IMG/VR virus record: IMGVR_UViG_3300040959_000809
Direction: 5' to 3' (one strand)
DNA length: 64,000 bases
Origin: a virus
How positions within the stretch are numbered: the first letter of the stretch is position 1; the number at the start of each line of letters is the position of its first letter. Below, one piece after another: positions 8,378 through 17,411 of this stretch. The notes below the pieces were generated by a model. The model did not search any database and was not told the origin of the DNA. It was given only the letters and a program-made list of their open reading frames with translations. The translations under genes were made by a program, and so were the position numbers.

Positions 8378-9571
8378 ATGATTGAAACTTCATATTTTGA
8401 AAAGATAGTTGAAACTTTAAAACTTGATGGCAATTATCGGGTTTTTAATGATATCCTTAGAGAGCGGGGAGACTTTCCCCGCTCTATTTGGTATGGCCCA
8501 TATGCACCAAAGCAAATTGTAAATTGGTGTTCTAATGATTATCTTGGTATGGGGCAAAATAAAATCGTTATAGATGCAATGCACACCGCATTGGATCAGA
8601 CAGGTTCCGGATCTGGTGGTACCCGTAATATTGGAGGAACCTCGCATTATCATGTTACACTTGAACGAGAATTAGCATCCCTACATAAAAAGGAATCTGC
8701 CCTTTTATTTACTAGTGCATATGTCGCCAACGAGTGGTCGTTGATTGCACTTACAAGAATAATTCCTGATCTTATTTTTCTGTCTGACAATAAAAATCAT
8801 GCCTCTCTTATTATGGGCATAAAACACAGTCGAGCACCCAAAATTGTTTGGGAACATAATAATATGCAAGAGCTTGAGTTAGCACTTCAAACTGCTCAGT
8901 TGTCAAACAAGACACCAATAATTGTTTTTGAATCTGTATATTCAATGGATGGTGATGTGGCACCGATTAAAGAGATATGTGATCTTGCTGATAAGTATAA
9001 TGCAATGACGTATATTGATGAGGTTCATGCGGTCGGGCTCTATGGTCATATGGGGGCTGGATATTTAGAAAAGCTAGGATTAACAGATAGGGTTGATATT
9101 ATAAATGGGACGATGGGAAAAGCCTTTGGAGTTCAGGGAGGTTATATTTCTTCTAGCTCTATTGTTATTGATGCAATTCGTTCTGTGGCTTCTGGATTTA
9201 TCTTCACCACCTCACTCAGCCCAGTCATTTGCGCCGGCGCTCTCGCGTCCATCAGATATCTTAAGGATCACAACGAATTAAGAGAACAGCACCAGGAACG
9301 TGCGGCAAAACTGACATCAATGTTAAAAGATAATAATATTGAGATACACGAATCAGCCTGTACTCATATTGTTCCTGTAATGATTAGAGATGCCAAAAAG
9401 TGTAAAAAGTTAAGTGATATCTTATTGCAACAATTTGGCATATATATTCAACCAATCAACTATCCTACGGTAGATGAAGGGCAGGAAAGGTTGCGCATTG
9501 CGCCGACACCATTACATGATGACACTATGATGCTAGACCTGGTAAATTCACTAAAGAAAGTTTTAGAGTGA
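8378..9571 (+). CDS. hemA: 5-aminolevulinate synthase (PLP-dependent, Shemin/C4 pathway)
   Basis: [50 protein letters not shown] (PLP Lys), [23 protein letters not shown]. Confidence 0.93.
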   Translation: MIETSYFEKIVETLKLDGNYRVFNDILRERGDFPRSIWYGPYAPKQIVNWCSNDYLGMGQNKIVIDAMHTALDQTGSGSGGTRNIGGTSHYHVTLERELASLHKKESALLFTSAYVANEWSLIALTRIIPDLIFLSDNKNHASLIMGIKHSRAPKIVWEHNNMQELELALQTAQLSNKTPIIVFESVYSMDGDVAPIKEICDLADKYNAMTYIDEVHAVGLYGHMGAGYLEKLGLTDRVDIINGTMGKAFGVQGGYISSSSIVIDAIRSVASGFIFTTSLSPVICAGALASIRYLKDHNELREQHQERAAKLTSMLKDNNIEIHESACTHIVPVMIRDAKKCKKLSDILLQQFGIYIQPINYPTVDEGQERLRIAPTPLHDDTMMLDLVNSLKKVLE

Positions 9572-9675
9572 ATAATAAAAACAATAATGTATTAACAGTC
9601 AAACTTATGCTATTTTTATGTGTGTTTTTGCATTTTATAGTAATACCAATATGGATGTGGAGTTTAGGATTATGA
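9568..9675 (+). CDS. 35-aa single-pass membrane micro-protein
   Basis: Hand translation: [35 protein letters not shown]; GTG start overlaps the hemA stop (GTGA); not in the ORF track. Confidence 0.45.
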   Translation: MNNKNNNVLTVKLMLFLCVFLHFIVIPIWMWSLGL

Positions 9676-9725
9676 ATCAACTTGAATCGGCATTCTTTGG
9701 CAAACGACTGTGGAAGGAAAATAAA

Positions 9726-10145
9726 ATGAATAAAATTAAAAAAGCTTTTTGGTTTACACTTGGGATTTTACTGGTTGGCGTAGCCTACTTGGGTGTTATT
9801 CTTCCAGGCTTGCCGTGGAGTACGCCAATCCTTGGGGCCGCCTTTTGCTTTGCAAAATCGAGCAAGAGGTTTCACGATTGGATCATGAATCATAAGACCT
9901 TTGGGCCATTTATTACTGAATGGCAGACGTATAAAGTCTACCCACAAAAAGCTAAATACCTTATGATGGTTGTAATGGCTACATCGCTAGGGTTTATGTA
10001 CTGGGGCACTGGTAACCTTATGGCAACATTTTATCTCTTTATCTTATTTGTGTTAATCGTAACATGGGCATGGAGATACCCAGGTTCAAAAGAGGAATCA
10101 AAAAGACGTAAAAAGGCAGGCAAAAGACTTGGCTGGCTTAAATAA
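9726..10145 (+). CDS. YbaN/DUF454 family inner-membrane protein
   Basis: GVILPGLPWSTPILGAAFCFAKSSKRFHDWIMNHKTFGPFI matches the DUF454 pattern; SD GGAAGGA before ATG 9726. Confidence 0.8.
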   Translation: MNKIKKAFWFTLGILLVGVAYLGVILPGLPWSTPILGAAFCFAKSSKRFHDWIMNHKTFGPFITEWQTYKVYPQKAKYLMMVVMATSLGFMYWGTGNLMATFYLFILFVLIVTWAWRYPGSKEESKRRKKAGKRLGWLK

Positions 10146-10212
10146 ATAAACATAACAACGCTTGGTGGTAATTCTGCCAAGCACTTTACAATGTTATTGA
10201 TGAGGAGATATA

Positions 10213-11238
10213 ATGACAAAACGAATTCTTATTACCGGTGGCGGTGGTTTTATTGCTCACCATCTGATCAATCAAGTACTTATCCGTACCGATTGGGAAA
10301 TTGTTACATTAGATCGGTTGGACTATAGCGGTAATCTTAATCGCTTACATGATCTACTTCAAGACCGAACACCGGCAGAACGCAAACGCGTACGAACAAT
10401 CTTTCACGATTTAAAGGCTGAAATCAATCCAATGCTCGAAGCTGACATTGGACCTGTAGATATTGTGGCTCATCTTGCGGCTGGATCTCATGTCGATAGA
10501 TCAATTGATAGGCCTATGGAATTCGTAATGGATAATGTTGTTGGTACTGGCAACCTATTGGAATATGCTCGTAGGCAAGAAAACCTTGAGCGGTTCCTGT
10601 ACTTCTCCACAGATGAGGTTTTTGGCCCAGCGCCAGAAGGTATAAAATATGACGAGTATGATCGTTATAATAGTACAAACCCATATTCTGCTTCAAAGGC
10701 CGGTGGTGAAGAATTAGCTGTTGCATATCAAAACACATATAATATGCCAATTTACATTACGCACACAATGAATGTATTTGGCCAACGACAGCACCCAGAA
10801 AAATTTATTCCTATGACTATTCGGAATGTCCGTGATGGTAATACCGTTACGATCCATTCTGATGCTTCAAAAACAATCCCAGGTTCCCGTCATTATATCC
10901 ATGCTGAGGATGTAGCAGATGCTACACTATTTTTGTTACAGCATGAAGGTACCTTGGATATGTCAAACAATACAGGAATTAAATGTCCTAAATTTAATAT
11001 CTGCGGTGCTACGGAATTAAACAACTTGGAACTTGCACAACTTATTGCAAAGGCCCAAGGAAAGGAATTAAAATATGAGTTTATGGACTTTCATAGTTCT
11101 CGGCCTGGCCACGACCTTCGGTATGCTCTTAGCGGTGACCGTATGGCGGCTATGGGTTGGCTTCCACAACCAGTTGAACAGCGACTTGAAGAAGTTGTGC
11201 GATGGACTTTAGATAATACGAGGTGGTTAGACATATGA
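10213..11238 (+). CDS. NAD-dependent epimerase/dehydratase, dTDP-glucose 4,6-dehydratase (RmlB)-like
   Basis: GGGGFIA, HLAAGSHVDRSI, STDEVFG, YSASK, RPGHDLRYA. Confidence 0.9.
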   Translation: MTKRILITGGGGFIAHHLINQVLIRTDWEIVTLDRLDYSGNLNRLHDLLQDRTPAERKRVRTIFHDLKAEINPMLEADIGPVDIVAHLAAGSHVDRSIDRPMEFVMDNVVGTGNLLEYARRQENLERFLYFSTDEVFGPAPEGIKYDEYDRYNSTNPYSASKAGGEELAVAYQNTYNMPIYITHTMNVFGQRQHPEKFIPMTIRNVRDGNTVTIHSDASKTIPGSRHYIHAEDVADATLFLLQHEGTLDMSNNTGIKCPKFNICGATELNNLELAQLIAKAQGKELKYEFMDFHSSRPGHDLRYALSGDRMAAMGWLPQPVEQRLEEVVRWTLDNTRWLDI

Positions 11239-11801
11239 GTTGGAATCAATTAATTGATAATGCATATAATTTTGCAAGATATCAGAAGAGTGACATTCAT
11301 GAGCACATTCCGGTTCTGTATGAGCTAGGTTTGGAGTGTGACCATGTAACAGAAATGGGTGTGCGGACAGGTAACAGCACCAGAGCATTTCTTAAAACTG
11401 ATGCTGTATTGAGATCATATGATTTAAAATTGGATAAACGTATGGTTGAAATTTTTAATGAGGCTGTAAAGGCAGATAAAGATGTAGAGTATATTGCAGG
11501 AGATGTTCTCACATTGGACATTGAGGAAACTGATCTGTTATTCATTGACACCTGGCATTGTTATGCTCAACTTTGTAAGGAATTAGAACTTCATGGTAAT
11601 ATGGCTCGGAAATATTTGGTGTTTCATGATACATTTACATATGGCCTACGAAATGAAAGTGGGCAAGATCCTGAGCCAGGATCCGAGCCATACCAAGGTT
11701 TGTTGCCAGCTATCATTCAATTTATTATAAAGAATCCTCACTGGCGATTTAAAGAGTTTTATATGAACAATAATGGTTTAACGGTATTGGAACGAGTATA
11801 A
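11235..11801 (+). CDS. Class I SAM-dependent methyltransferase (Methyltransf_24-like)
   Basis: EMGVRTGNST, DLLFIDTWH, LVFHDT; ATGA overlap with the upstream gene. Confidence 0.75.
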   Translation: MSWNQLIDNAYNFARYQKSDIHEHIPVLYELGLECDHVTEMGVRTGNSTRAFLKTDAVLRSYDLKLDKRMVEIFNEAVKADKDVEYIAGDVLTLDIEETDLLFIDTWHCYAQLCKELELHGNMARKYLVFHDTFTYGLRNESGQDPEPGSEPYQGLLPAIIQFIIKNPHWRFKEFYMNNNGLTVLERV

Positions 11802-13369
11802 TGATTGTAGATTGTTTTCCGTGGTTCGCACCATATGGTGAGGAAGTATTACGCTTAAGAGTAAATCTTTTAAAGGATTACGTTGACAAATTTATTATTG
11901 TAGAATCAAACAAGACTCACAGTGGCAAGCCCGTTGAGAGAAAATTTCTGGAAATTGCCAAACGTAATGATCTTCCAATGGATAAAATTATATACGTCGA
12001 GCATGACATTCCAGAACCCGATGAGTTTGAAATACTTGATATTGATTATCAAAACGCTGGGTTGAATAGAAAAAGAAAACATTCGGTAAATGCTAGAGTC
12101 CGTGAACGACTACAAAAAGATGCTGTTATGGAAGGTATGAAAGATTTACCAGACGATGCCGTGTTTATCTATGGTGATGCTGATGAGGTTATAAATCCAA
12201 TCAATATTCCTTGGGTGGCTAATATCACCAGAAACAACCCTAATGTAATCATTAAGATACCATTGGTATATTTACAAGGCCGAGCAGATCTTCGTATCCA
12301 CCATGAAGAAGGAAAACCAGTTGTTTGGTGGCGCGCGATGTTCTTTGCTACAAAAAAGCAAATTATGGAAAATAAAATCAGCAATATTCGCTGTGGTAAC
12401 ATAAAACTACCAGTACAGTGGCCTACTCACAATAATGCTGTTATTCAGGACATGGGGTGGCATTTTGCCTGGATGGGTAATAACGAACAACGAAATACAA
12501 AGGCCACTTCTTTTGCGCATGCGTTTGATAAATTCGCCTGGCAGATAAAACAAGGCGCTGGCGACTATTCTAAATATGACCAGTTTATGAAAAGTACACC
12601 CCCAGTTGCTGGTGAGGTAGCCCCAGATGGTCACCCAGATCACATATTACGAGAGTATGCACTGGAAAAACTACCACCTATGGTCCTAGAGGATTCATTC
12701 ATTAGAGAGTTTCTCTTGCCAGAGACTGATCTTGATAAACCAGAAGAGTTTATGTTCAATAGGTGTACTTGTAGTTGGTGTGAATCAATTAAATGGCCAT
12801 TACTGTTTGATCTGGATGGTGAAAAGACTTGGTTTGAAATACCTAGAAGCTGTTCGGTCACCATTAAGGAAACGTATCCCAACCGAAAAAGAATTGAAAA
12901 GGATGCTCAGTTGGTGAAGGGCAAATGGCTAAAATACAGTGCAGTTAAGAGTAAACCTATTGTAATATTTACTGATCCTATTGATAGATTTATTTCCTGT
13001 ATTAATGTGTATCTTGTGCCTGGTCAGAGATATTACAATTATGGGCAAAATATTTTTCAAGCACTTGGTAAGAATCTTGATGAGTGTACGAAGGAAGAAA
13101 AAATTGATCTGTTTTTTAAAAACCTGCAAAAGATTGGTAGTCTCCACCAGGTCCATCATTTTCACCCACAATGTATGTTTGTGGACACTCAATCGTTTGA
13201 TGAGTTCGAGGTCGTTCCTCGGAAGAGTGTGAATAAGTTCTTTGGTATATCAACTGTATATAATAGAACAAAGAAAGAGATAACAAAGAATGATCTGAGC
13301 CCACAACAGCTTAATTTTATTACAAAAATTTATCAGTCAGATTATGACTTTTTTGAAAAATATGGTTGA
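11801..13369 (+). CDS. GT17-like glycosyltransferase fused to a C-terminal sulfotransferase-like domain
   Basis: N-terminus MIVDCF..LRLRVNLL.DYVDKFIIVESNKTHSG, RERLQKD, DADE, GWHFAW; C-terminus IPRSCSVTIK, TDPIDRFIS, HFHPQ. Confidence 0.7.
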   Translation: MIVDCFPWFAPYGEEVLRLRVNLLKDYVDKFIIVESNKTHSGKPVERKFLEIAKRNDLPMDKIIYVEHDIPEPDEFEILDIDYQNAGLNRKRKHSVNARVRERLQKDAVMEGMKDLPDDAVFIYGDADEVINPINIPWVANITRNNPNVIIKIPLVYLQGRADLRIHHEEGKPVVWWRAMFFATKKQIMENKISNIRCGNIKLPVQWPTHNNAVIQDMGWHFAWMGNNEQRNTKATSFAHAFDKFAWQIKQGAGDYSKYDQFMKSTPPVAGEVAPDGHPDHILREYALEKLPPMVLEDSFIREFLLPETDLDKPEEFMFNRCTCSWCESIKWPLLFDLDGEKTWFEIPRSCSVTIKETYPNRKRIEKDAQLVKGKWLKYSAVKSKPIVIFTDPIDRFISCINVYLVPGQRYYNYGQNIFQALGKNLDECTKEEKIDLFFKNLQKIGSLHQVHHFHPQCMFVDTQSFDEFEVVPRKSVNKFFGISTVYNRTKKEITKNDLSPQQLNFITKIYQSDYDFFEKYG

Positions 13370-13394
13370 CATTTGGTCCAAAATGTATTATATT
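13366..13394 (+). promoter_or_regulatory. Early promoter overlapping the upstream stop codon
   Basis: AAAAATATGG-TTGACA-17 nt-TATATT. Confidence 0.7.
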
Positions 13395-13427
13395 AATAGT
13401 ATGTATTTAATAAAGAGAGTATGAAAT

Positions 13428-13745
13428 ATGAAATATGCGGTAGCAACTGTAACATCAACATTCCGAATGCGATATGTTCTTTCTGAAGAAGAGCTTCAAT
13501 CTTTAAATACGGATGTGAAATTGGATGATCAAAAAATGGTTGAATGGTTGGAAGATACCGTCACCTGCGAAGAGGTCAATGAGTTTTCACAGAAGTTTCT
13601 TGGCGAACAAATTATTAGTACTGAGATCATGGATGAAGATCAGACATTAAAGCTCTTTGACACAGACAATGATTATCTTGCTGACTGGTCCAAGGAACAA
13701 AAACTTGACTACCTCCAAAAAAGGTTAATTCAAAAAGATTCTTAA
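13428..13745 (+). CDS. Hypothetical protein
   Basis: 105-aa acidic ORF directly downstream of a promoter. Confidence 0.7.
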   Translation: MKYAVATVTSTFRMRYVLSEEELQSLNTDVKLDDQKMVEWLEDTVTCEEVNEFSQKFLGEQIISTEIMDEDQTLKLFDTDNDYLADWSKEQKLDYLQKRLIQKDS

Positions 13746-13747
13746 AC

Positions 13748-14026
13748 ATGATTGTAATATATGGGCGTACACAATGTGAGTTCTGCAATGCTGCACAGCA
13801 GATGTGCAAAAAGTGGAACCTTGAATATGAATACAAAAACATTGAATATGTAATGTATTTAAATGAACTTTTTGAAACTTATGGAAAGGACATTGGAAGC
13901 GAAAGCGCAAATGGTTTGCTTGACTGTCCTTACATTATTTGGCATAATAGATACATCGGACACTATAATGATCTTCTTAAAGAAATAGAAAATACTATTG
14001 GTGGATACGGTGAAGGGGGTTTTTAG
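13748..14026 (+). CDS. Second glutaredoxin-like protein
   Basis: YGRTQCEFC, CPYII, YIGHY. Confidence 0.75.
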   Translation: MIVIYGRTQCEFCNAAQQMCKKWNLEYEYKNIEYVMYLNELFETYGKDIGSESANGLLDCPYIIWHNRYIGHYNDLLKEIENTIGGYGEGGF

Positions 14027-14028
14027 TT

Positions 14029-14274
14029 TTGGCTATAAGAAAACCTAATGACTTAACAGTCGAAAAATTACAATACGAATTAAAAGCAATAAAATCTGAG
14101 CGTGATCAATACCGTAGAGATAATGATTCTCTTCGAAATGAATCCATGATGCTCATGGAAACACTGGATGATCTCACTTCAAATATGGATTACTGGTCCG
14201 AAAAGAGCATCAAATCAGGGGTTGTTTTTAGATTAAAGAATGTTTTAACTCAACTTAGGCAAATGGGAGAATAG
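14029..14274 (+). CDS. Hypothetical coiled-coil protein
   Basis: TTG start; tightly packed in the operon. Confidence 0.55.
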   Translation: MAIRKPNDLTVEKLQYELKAIKSERDQYRRDNDSLRNESMMLMETLDDLTSNMDYWSEKSIKSGVVFRLKNVLTQLRQMGE

Positions 14275-14277
14275 TGA

Positions 14278-14415
14278 ATGGCTAAAGTTGTAAATCTAGG
14301 TGGTTCATCTTTGCATCGAATCAAAAAGGTAACATCAATTGGTAAATCAGTTCGATCACGACCAAAGAATAAATCGGCAAAGCGTGGGTGGAAAAAATAC
14401 CGAGGACAGGGCTAA
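14278..14415 (+). CDS. 45-aa highly basic micro-protein
   Basis: Hand translation MAKVVNLGGSSLHRIKKVTSIGKSVRSRPKNKSAKRGWKKYRGQG*; fills the intergenic gap exactly; not in the ORF track. Confidence 0.65.
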   Translation: MAKVVNLGGSSLHRIKKVTSIGKSVRSRPKNKSAKRGWKKYRGQG

Positions 14416-14418
14416 AAT

Positions 14419-15156
14419 ATGGCACGCAAGTTTATTTTTGATGTGGATGGAACTCTCACACCCAGTAGAGGAAAAATGGATCCAGAGTTCAAGGAATTCT
14501 TTTTGGATTTTATGAACCGCGAGCCATGCTTTCTGGTGACTGGTAGTGATTATCCCAAAACTGTAGAACAGATTGGAGCAGAGGTTACTGAAAATGTTGC
14601 CTGTGTTTATAACTGTAGTGGTAATGATATATTCTTTAAGGGTAAACGAGTAAATTCTAATGAGTTTACTTTGCCTTCTGACCTAAAAGCATTTCTTCAG
14701 GGATGGCTAATTTCTAGTAAATTTTATTTGCGTACTGGAAACCATATTGAGGAACGGAAGGGACTGGTAAACTTTAGTGTCGTTGGCCGAAATGCCAAGC
14801 CAAAACAAAGGGGGGAATATGTTAAACACGACAAAGAGTTCCGTGAAAGAGAAACAATTGCATATCTAATCAACACACAATGGCCTGAAATTCAAGCGTC
14901 TGTTGGTGGTGAAACTGGAATTGATATTCACCGTCGAGGTTCTGACAAGTCTCAAATTCTGGAAGACTTCGACAAGGATGCCGAAATCCATTTCTTTGGT
15001 GATGCGATGGATCCAGGTGGAAATGACTATCCTTTATACGCTGCTTTGCAACAGGTTAACACTAATCATAGGACTAGATGTTATCATATAAAAGATTGGC
15101 AAGAAACATATAATAATTTGAAAAAAATGGTTGACATTCCTTTAGGAGTGTGGTAA
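14419..15156 (+). CDS. HAD-IIB phosphatase, eukaryote-type phosphomannomutase-like
   Basis: FDVDGTLT, VTGSD, IEERKGLVNFSVVGR, GGETGIDI, FFGD..DPGGNDY. Confidence 0.82.
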   Translation: MARKFIFDVDGTLTPSRGKMDPEFKEFFLDFMNREPCFLVTGSDYPKTVEQIGAEVTENVACVYNCSGNDIFFKGKRVNSNEFTLPSDLKAFLQGWLISSKFYLRTGNHIEERKGLVNFSVVGRNAKPKQRGEYVKHDKEFRERETIAYLINTQWPEIQASVGGETGIDIHRRGSDKSQILEDFDKDAEIHFFGDAMDPGGNDYPLYAALQQVNTNHRTRCYHIKDWQETYNNLKKMVDIPLGVW

Positions 15157-15159
15157 TAT
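15131..15159 (+). promoter_or_regulatory. Early promoter embedded in the 3' end of the PMM-like gene
   Basis: AAAAAAATGG-TTGACA-17 nt-TAATAT. Confidence 0.7.
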
Positions 15160-15171
15160 GGTATATATCAA

Positions 15172-15420
15172 ATGAAAGGAAACCGATTGTATTATTCAGC
15201 CAAATTCCATCTACCGAAGAATACTACAGATAATCAGATCTTCGTATTCGCCCTAGAACATGGGTGTGTATCATATCTTTTATCTGAAAACGAAAAAAGT
15301 AACGTATATGGATTTATGAGCAGAAACTACGATCATATATTAGAGTTGTGTGACCAACTCTGCGATCACGACGAAAACGCACAATCTAAAATAAGTACTG
15401 AATCTATAACCATACATTGA
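15172..15420 (+). CDS. Hypothetical protein
   Basis: 82-aa ORF just downstream of a promoter. Confidence 0.6.
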   Translation: MKGNRLYYSAKFHLPKNTTDNQIFVFALEHGCVSYLLSENEKSNVYGFMSRNYDHILELCDQLCDHDENAQSKISTESITIH

Positions 15421-15430
15421 GGTTTACATT

Positions 15431-15871
15431 ATGACTATGCATCTAGTAGGTCCATATATGACCACTACTAATCATAAAAAGCGAAAGAGCAAAGCTCTCA
15501 CCGAAAAGCAACTCCAAGCAAAAAGAGTTGAATGGAGTCAATATAATAAGAGCTGTCGCAAGAAAAACATGCACAGTGCTCAGTTTCAAGAGTTCGAGGA
15601 TTACCTCTCGTACATCCGCGGCGAGTATAAACCTAAAAAAGAGTTTAAAACTTATGAACCGAAACCATCGAATGCGCCACAACGCTCGACGAAGAGCTAT
15701 CCAAGCATCAAGACGTCGAACACAGTACCTGGATACGCACCAAGAAAAGAACGAAATCAATATACAGGAGACCTCATCGTTGGCATCGGCACGATGCACA
15801 AGTCTAACCTCGTCCCAATTATGCGAGGAACAAACGAAGCAAAAGACATAGCAAACATGCGCCGAGGCTAA
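15431..15871 (+). CDS. Basic hypothetical protein of a type seen in T4-like phages
   Basis: C-terminal GIGTMHKSNLVP motif; SD GAGG. Confidence 0.7.
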   Translation: MTMHLVGPYMTTTNHKKRKSKALTEKQLQAKRVEWSQYNKSCRKKNMHSAQFQEFEDYLSYIRGEYKPKKEFKTYEPKPSNAPQRSTKSYPSIKTSNTVPGYAPRKERNQYTGDLIVGIGTMHKSNLVPIMRGTNEAKDIANMRRG

Positions 15872-15872
15872 A

Positions 15873-16373
15873 ATGAATAAATTTATTACTATGATGGCAG
15901 CTATGGCTGTAGCATTTTCGTTCCCTGCACAGGCAGAAAATACCGGAATGGATGCCGAAACACGAGAAGACTATCAATGTCTTGCTCTTAATATTTACTA
16001 TGAAGCACGTGGGTCAAGTCTAGCGGATATGGCAGGTGTTGCTGATGTTGTTCTGAACCGAGTACTTGATATTCGATACCCCGGAACAATTTGTGGTGTT
16101 GTGAAGGATGCTAAACTTGATAGCAATGGAAATCCTATTAGAAACAAATGTCAGTTTTCTTGGTATTGTGATGGTAAGAGCGATCGCCCTACAGACAGAG
16201 ATTCGTTTGAAAAGTCTCTATTGATTGCTGGTCAAATGTTATTCCAGGGTCGCTACCGTGGCATATCAGAAGGTGCCACACATTATCATGCTGATTATGT
16301 AAAACCCAGATGGGCCAAAAAGATCACCCACGTAGGGCGTATAGGAGACCATATCTTTTATCGCTGGGACTAA
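15873..16373 (+). CDS. Cell wall hydrolase, SleB family
   Basis: Signal peptide; CLALNIYYEARG, VVLNRV...YPGTICGVV, CQFSWYCDG, ATHYHADYVKPRW. Confidence 0.92.
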   Translation: MNKFITMMAAMAVAFSFPAQAENTGMDAETREDYQCLALNIYYEARGSSLADMAGVADVVLNRVLDIRYPGTICGVVKDAKLDSNGNPIRNKCQFSWYCDGKSDRPTDRDSFEKSLLIAGQMLFQGRYRGISEGATHYHADYVKPRWAKKITHVGRIGDHIFYRWD

Positions 16374-16381
16374 TATAAATA
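16374..16381 (+). promoter_or_regulatory. T4-type late promoter TATAAATA
   Basis: Exact motif between the SleB stop and the RuvC-like gene. Confidence 0.6.
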
Positions 16382-16390
16382 TCTCCATGA

Positions 16391-16975
16391 ATGAATGGAG
16401 ATGTTTTTATGATTGTTGCAGGAATTGATTATAGTTTAAGTAGCCCGGCAATTTGTGTACACGAAGGTGACACTTGGGACTATAAGAATTGCCACTTTTA
16501 CTATTTGGTTAAACGTGAAAAATTATTGGAGGCAGAAATGCCATTTTTACCTAATATGTATCCGGATGGATATACTAATGATCTTGAAAGATATGAAAGT
16601 CTTTCAACCTGGTCCCTTAATATTCTCAAAAAACACAATGTAGAAAAAGTATTCATCGAAGGCTATGCTTTTGGTGCTGTCGGTCGAGTCTTTCAGATTG
16701 CAGAAAATGCAGGCCTGCTAAAATATATGATATGGAAGGCTGGTATGAGTATCGGCACGATTCCTCCTACGGCAATTAAAAAATTTGCAACTGGTAAAGG
16801 AAACGCTAACAAAGAAAAGATGTATGATTCATTTTTTTCTGAAAATATGGTTGACATTCGAGATAAGTGTGGTATTATGAATAATGGATGGAATCCTGTG
16901 AGTGACATTGTCGACTCATATTATATTGCTAAATTTGGTTTAGACCAGGAGAACGAAAATGCAAATCAAGCGTAA
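16391..16975 (+). CDS. RuvC-like Holliday junction resolvase / RNase H-fold nuclease
   Basis: AGIDYSLSSP, VFIEGYAFG, IKKFATGKGNANKE, DIVDSYY. Confidence 0.78.
   Translation: MNGDVFMIVAGIDYSLSSPAICVHEGDTWDYKNCHFYYLVKREKLLEAEMPFLPNMYPDGYTNDLERYESLSTWSLNILKKHNVEKVFIEGYAFGAVGRVFQIAENAGLLKYMIWKAGMSIGTIPPTAIKKFATGKGNANKEKMYDSFFSENMVDIRDKCGIMNNGWNPVSDIVDSYYIAKFGLDQENENANQA
16851..16878 (+). promoter_or_regulatory. Probable early promoter inside the RuvC-like gene
   Basis: GAAAATATGG-TTGACA-16 nt-TATTAT, about 80 nt before ORF 16959. Confidence 0.45.
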
Positions 16976-17186
16976 AAGTGTAATTTCCGGAGTTTGGAGA
17001 ACTCGTGAGATTAGAGTTAAACCTGAGGACTATGCTTCTTGGGAAAAAGGATTTGTATCCGTAATGGATGCAATGCCTTATCTAAATGAGGATGATCGTA
17101 CGTTCATCTTAGCAGGCATTACAAATAACGAGTGGAAAGAAGCCTTTTCCGACCAGATTAGGTCGATTATTAACGATCGCTTTTAA
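16959..17186 (+). CDS. Hypothetical protein
   Basis: 75 aa; DAMPYLNEDDRTFILAGIT motif. Confidence 0.65.
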   Translation: MQIKRKSVISGVWRTREIRVKPEDYASWEKGFVSVMDAMPYLNEDDRTFILAGITNNEWKEAFSDQIRSIINDRF

Positions 17187-17195
17187 GGGAAGCAA

Positions 17196-17411
17196 ATGAT
17201 AGAATTTAGCGCAAATTACCTATGGTTGGCCCTTGCTTACGTGGCAGGGTCTGGTATCGGTTGGCACATAGGAAACAAAAAACGAATTGAGGATATAGTC
17301 GAAAGTGTAATCGACGACCTCATTGCTCAAGGATATATTAAAGTCGATCGAAAGGACAGCGACAATATTCAACTTTTAAAACACTGGGAAAATAATGATA
17401 GTGATCTTTAA
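17196..17411 (+). CDS. Small membrane-anchored hypothetical protein
   Basis: N-terminal hydrophobic helix. Confidence 0.6.
   Translation: MIEFSANYLWLALAYVAGSGIGWHIGNKKRIEDIVESVIDDLIAQGYIKVDRKDSDNIQLLKHWENNDSDL

Noticed and set aside
8378-9571. Alternative call as BioF or 2-amino-3-ketobutyrate CoA ligase
   Set aside because: [17 protein letters not shown] and FIFTTSL are ALAS-type; BioF and KBL differ at these positions as I recall them
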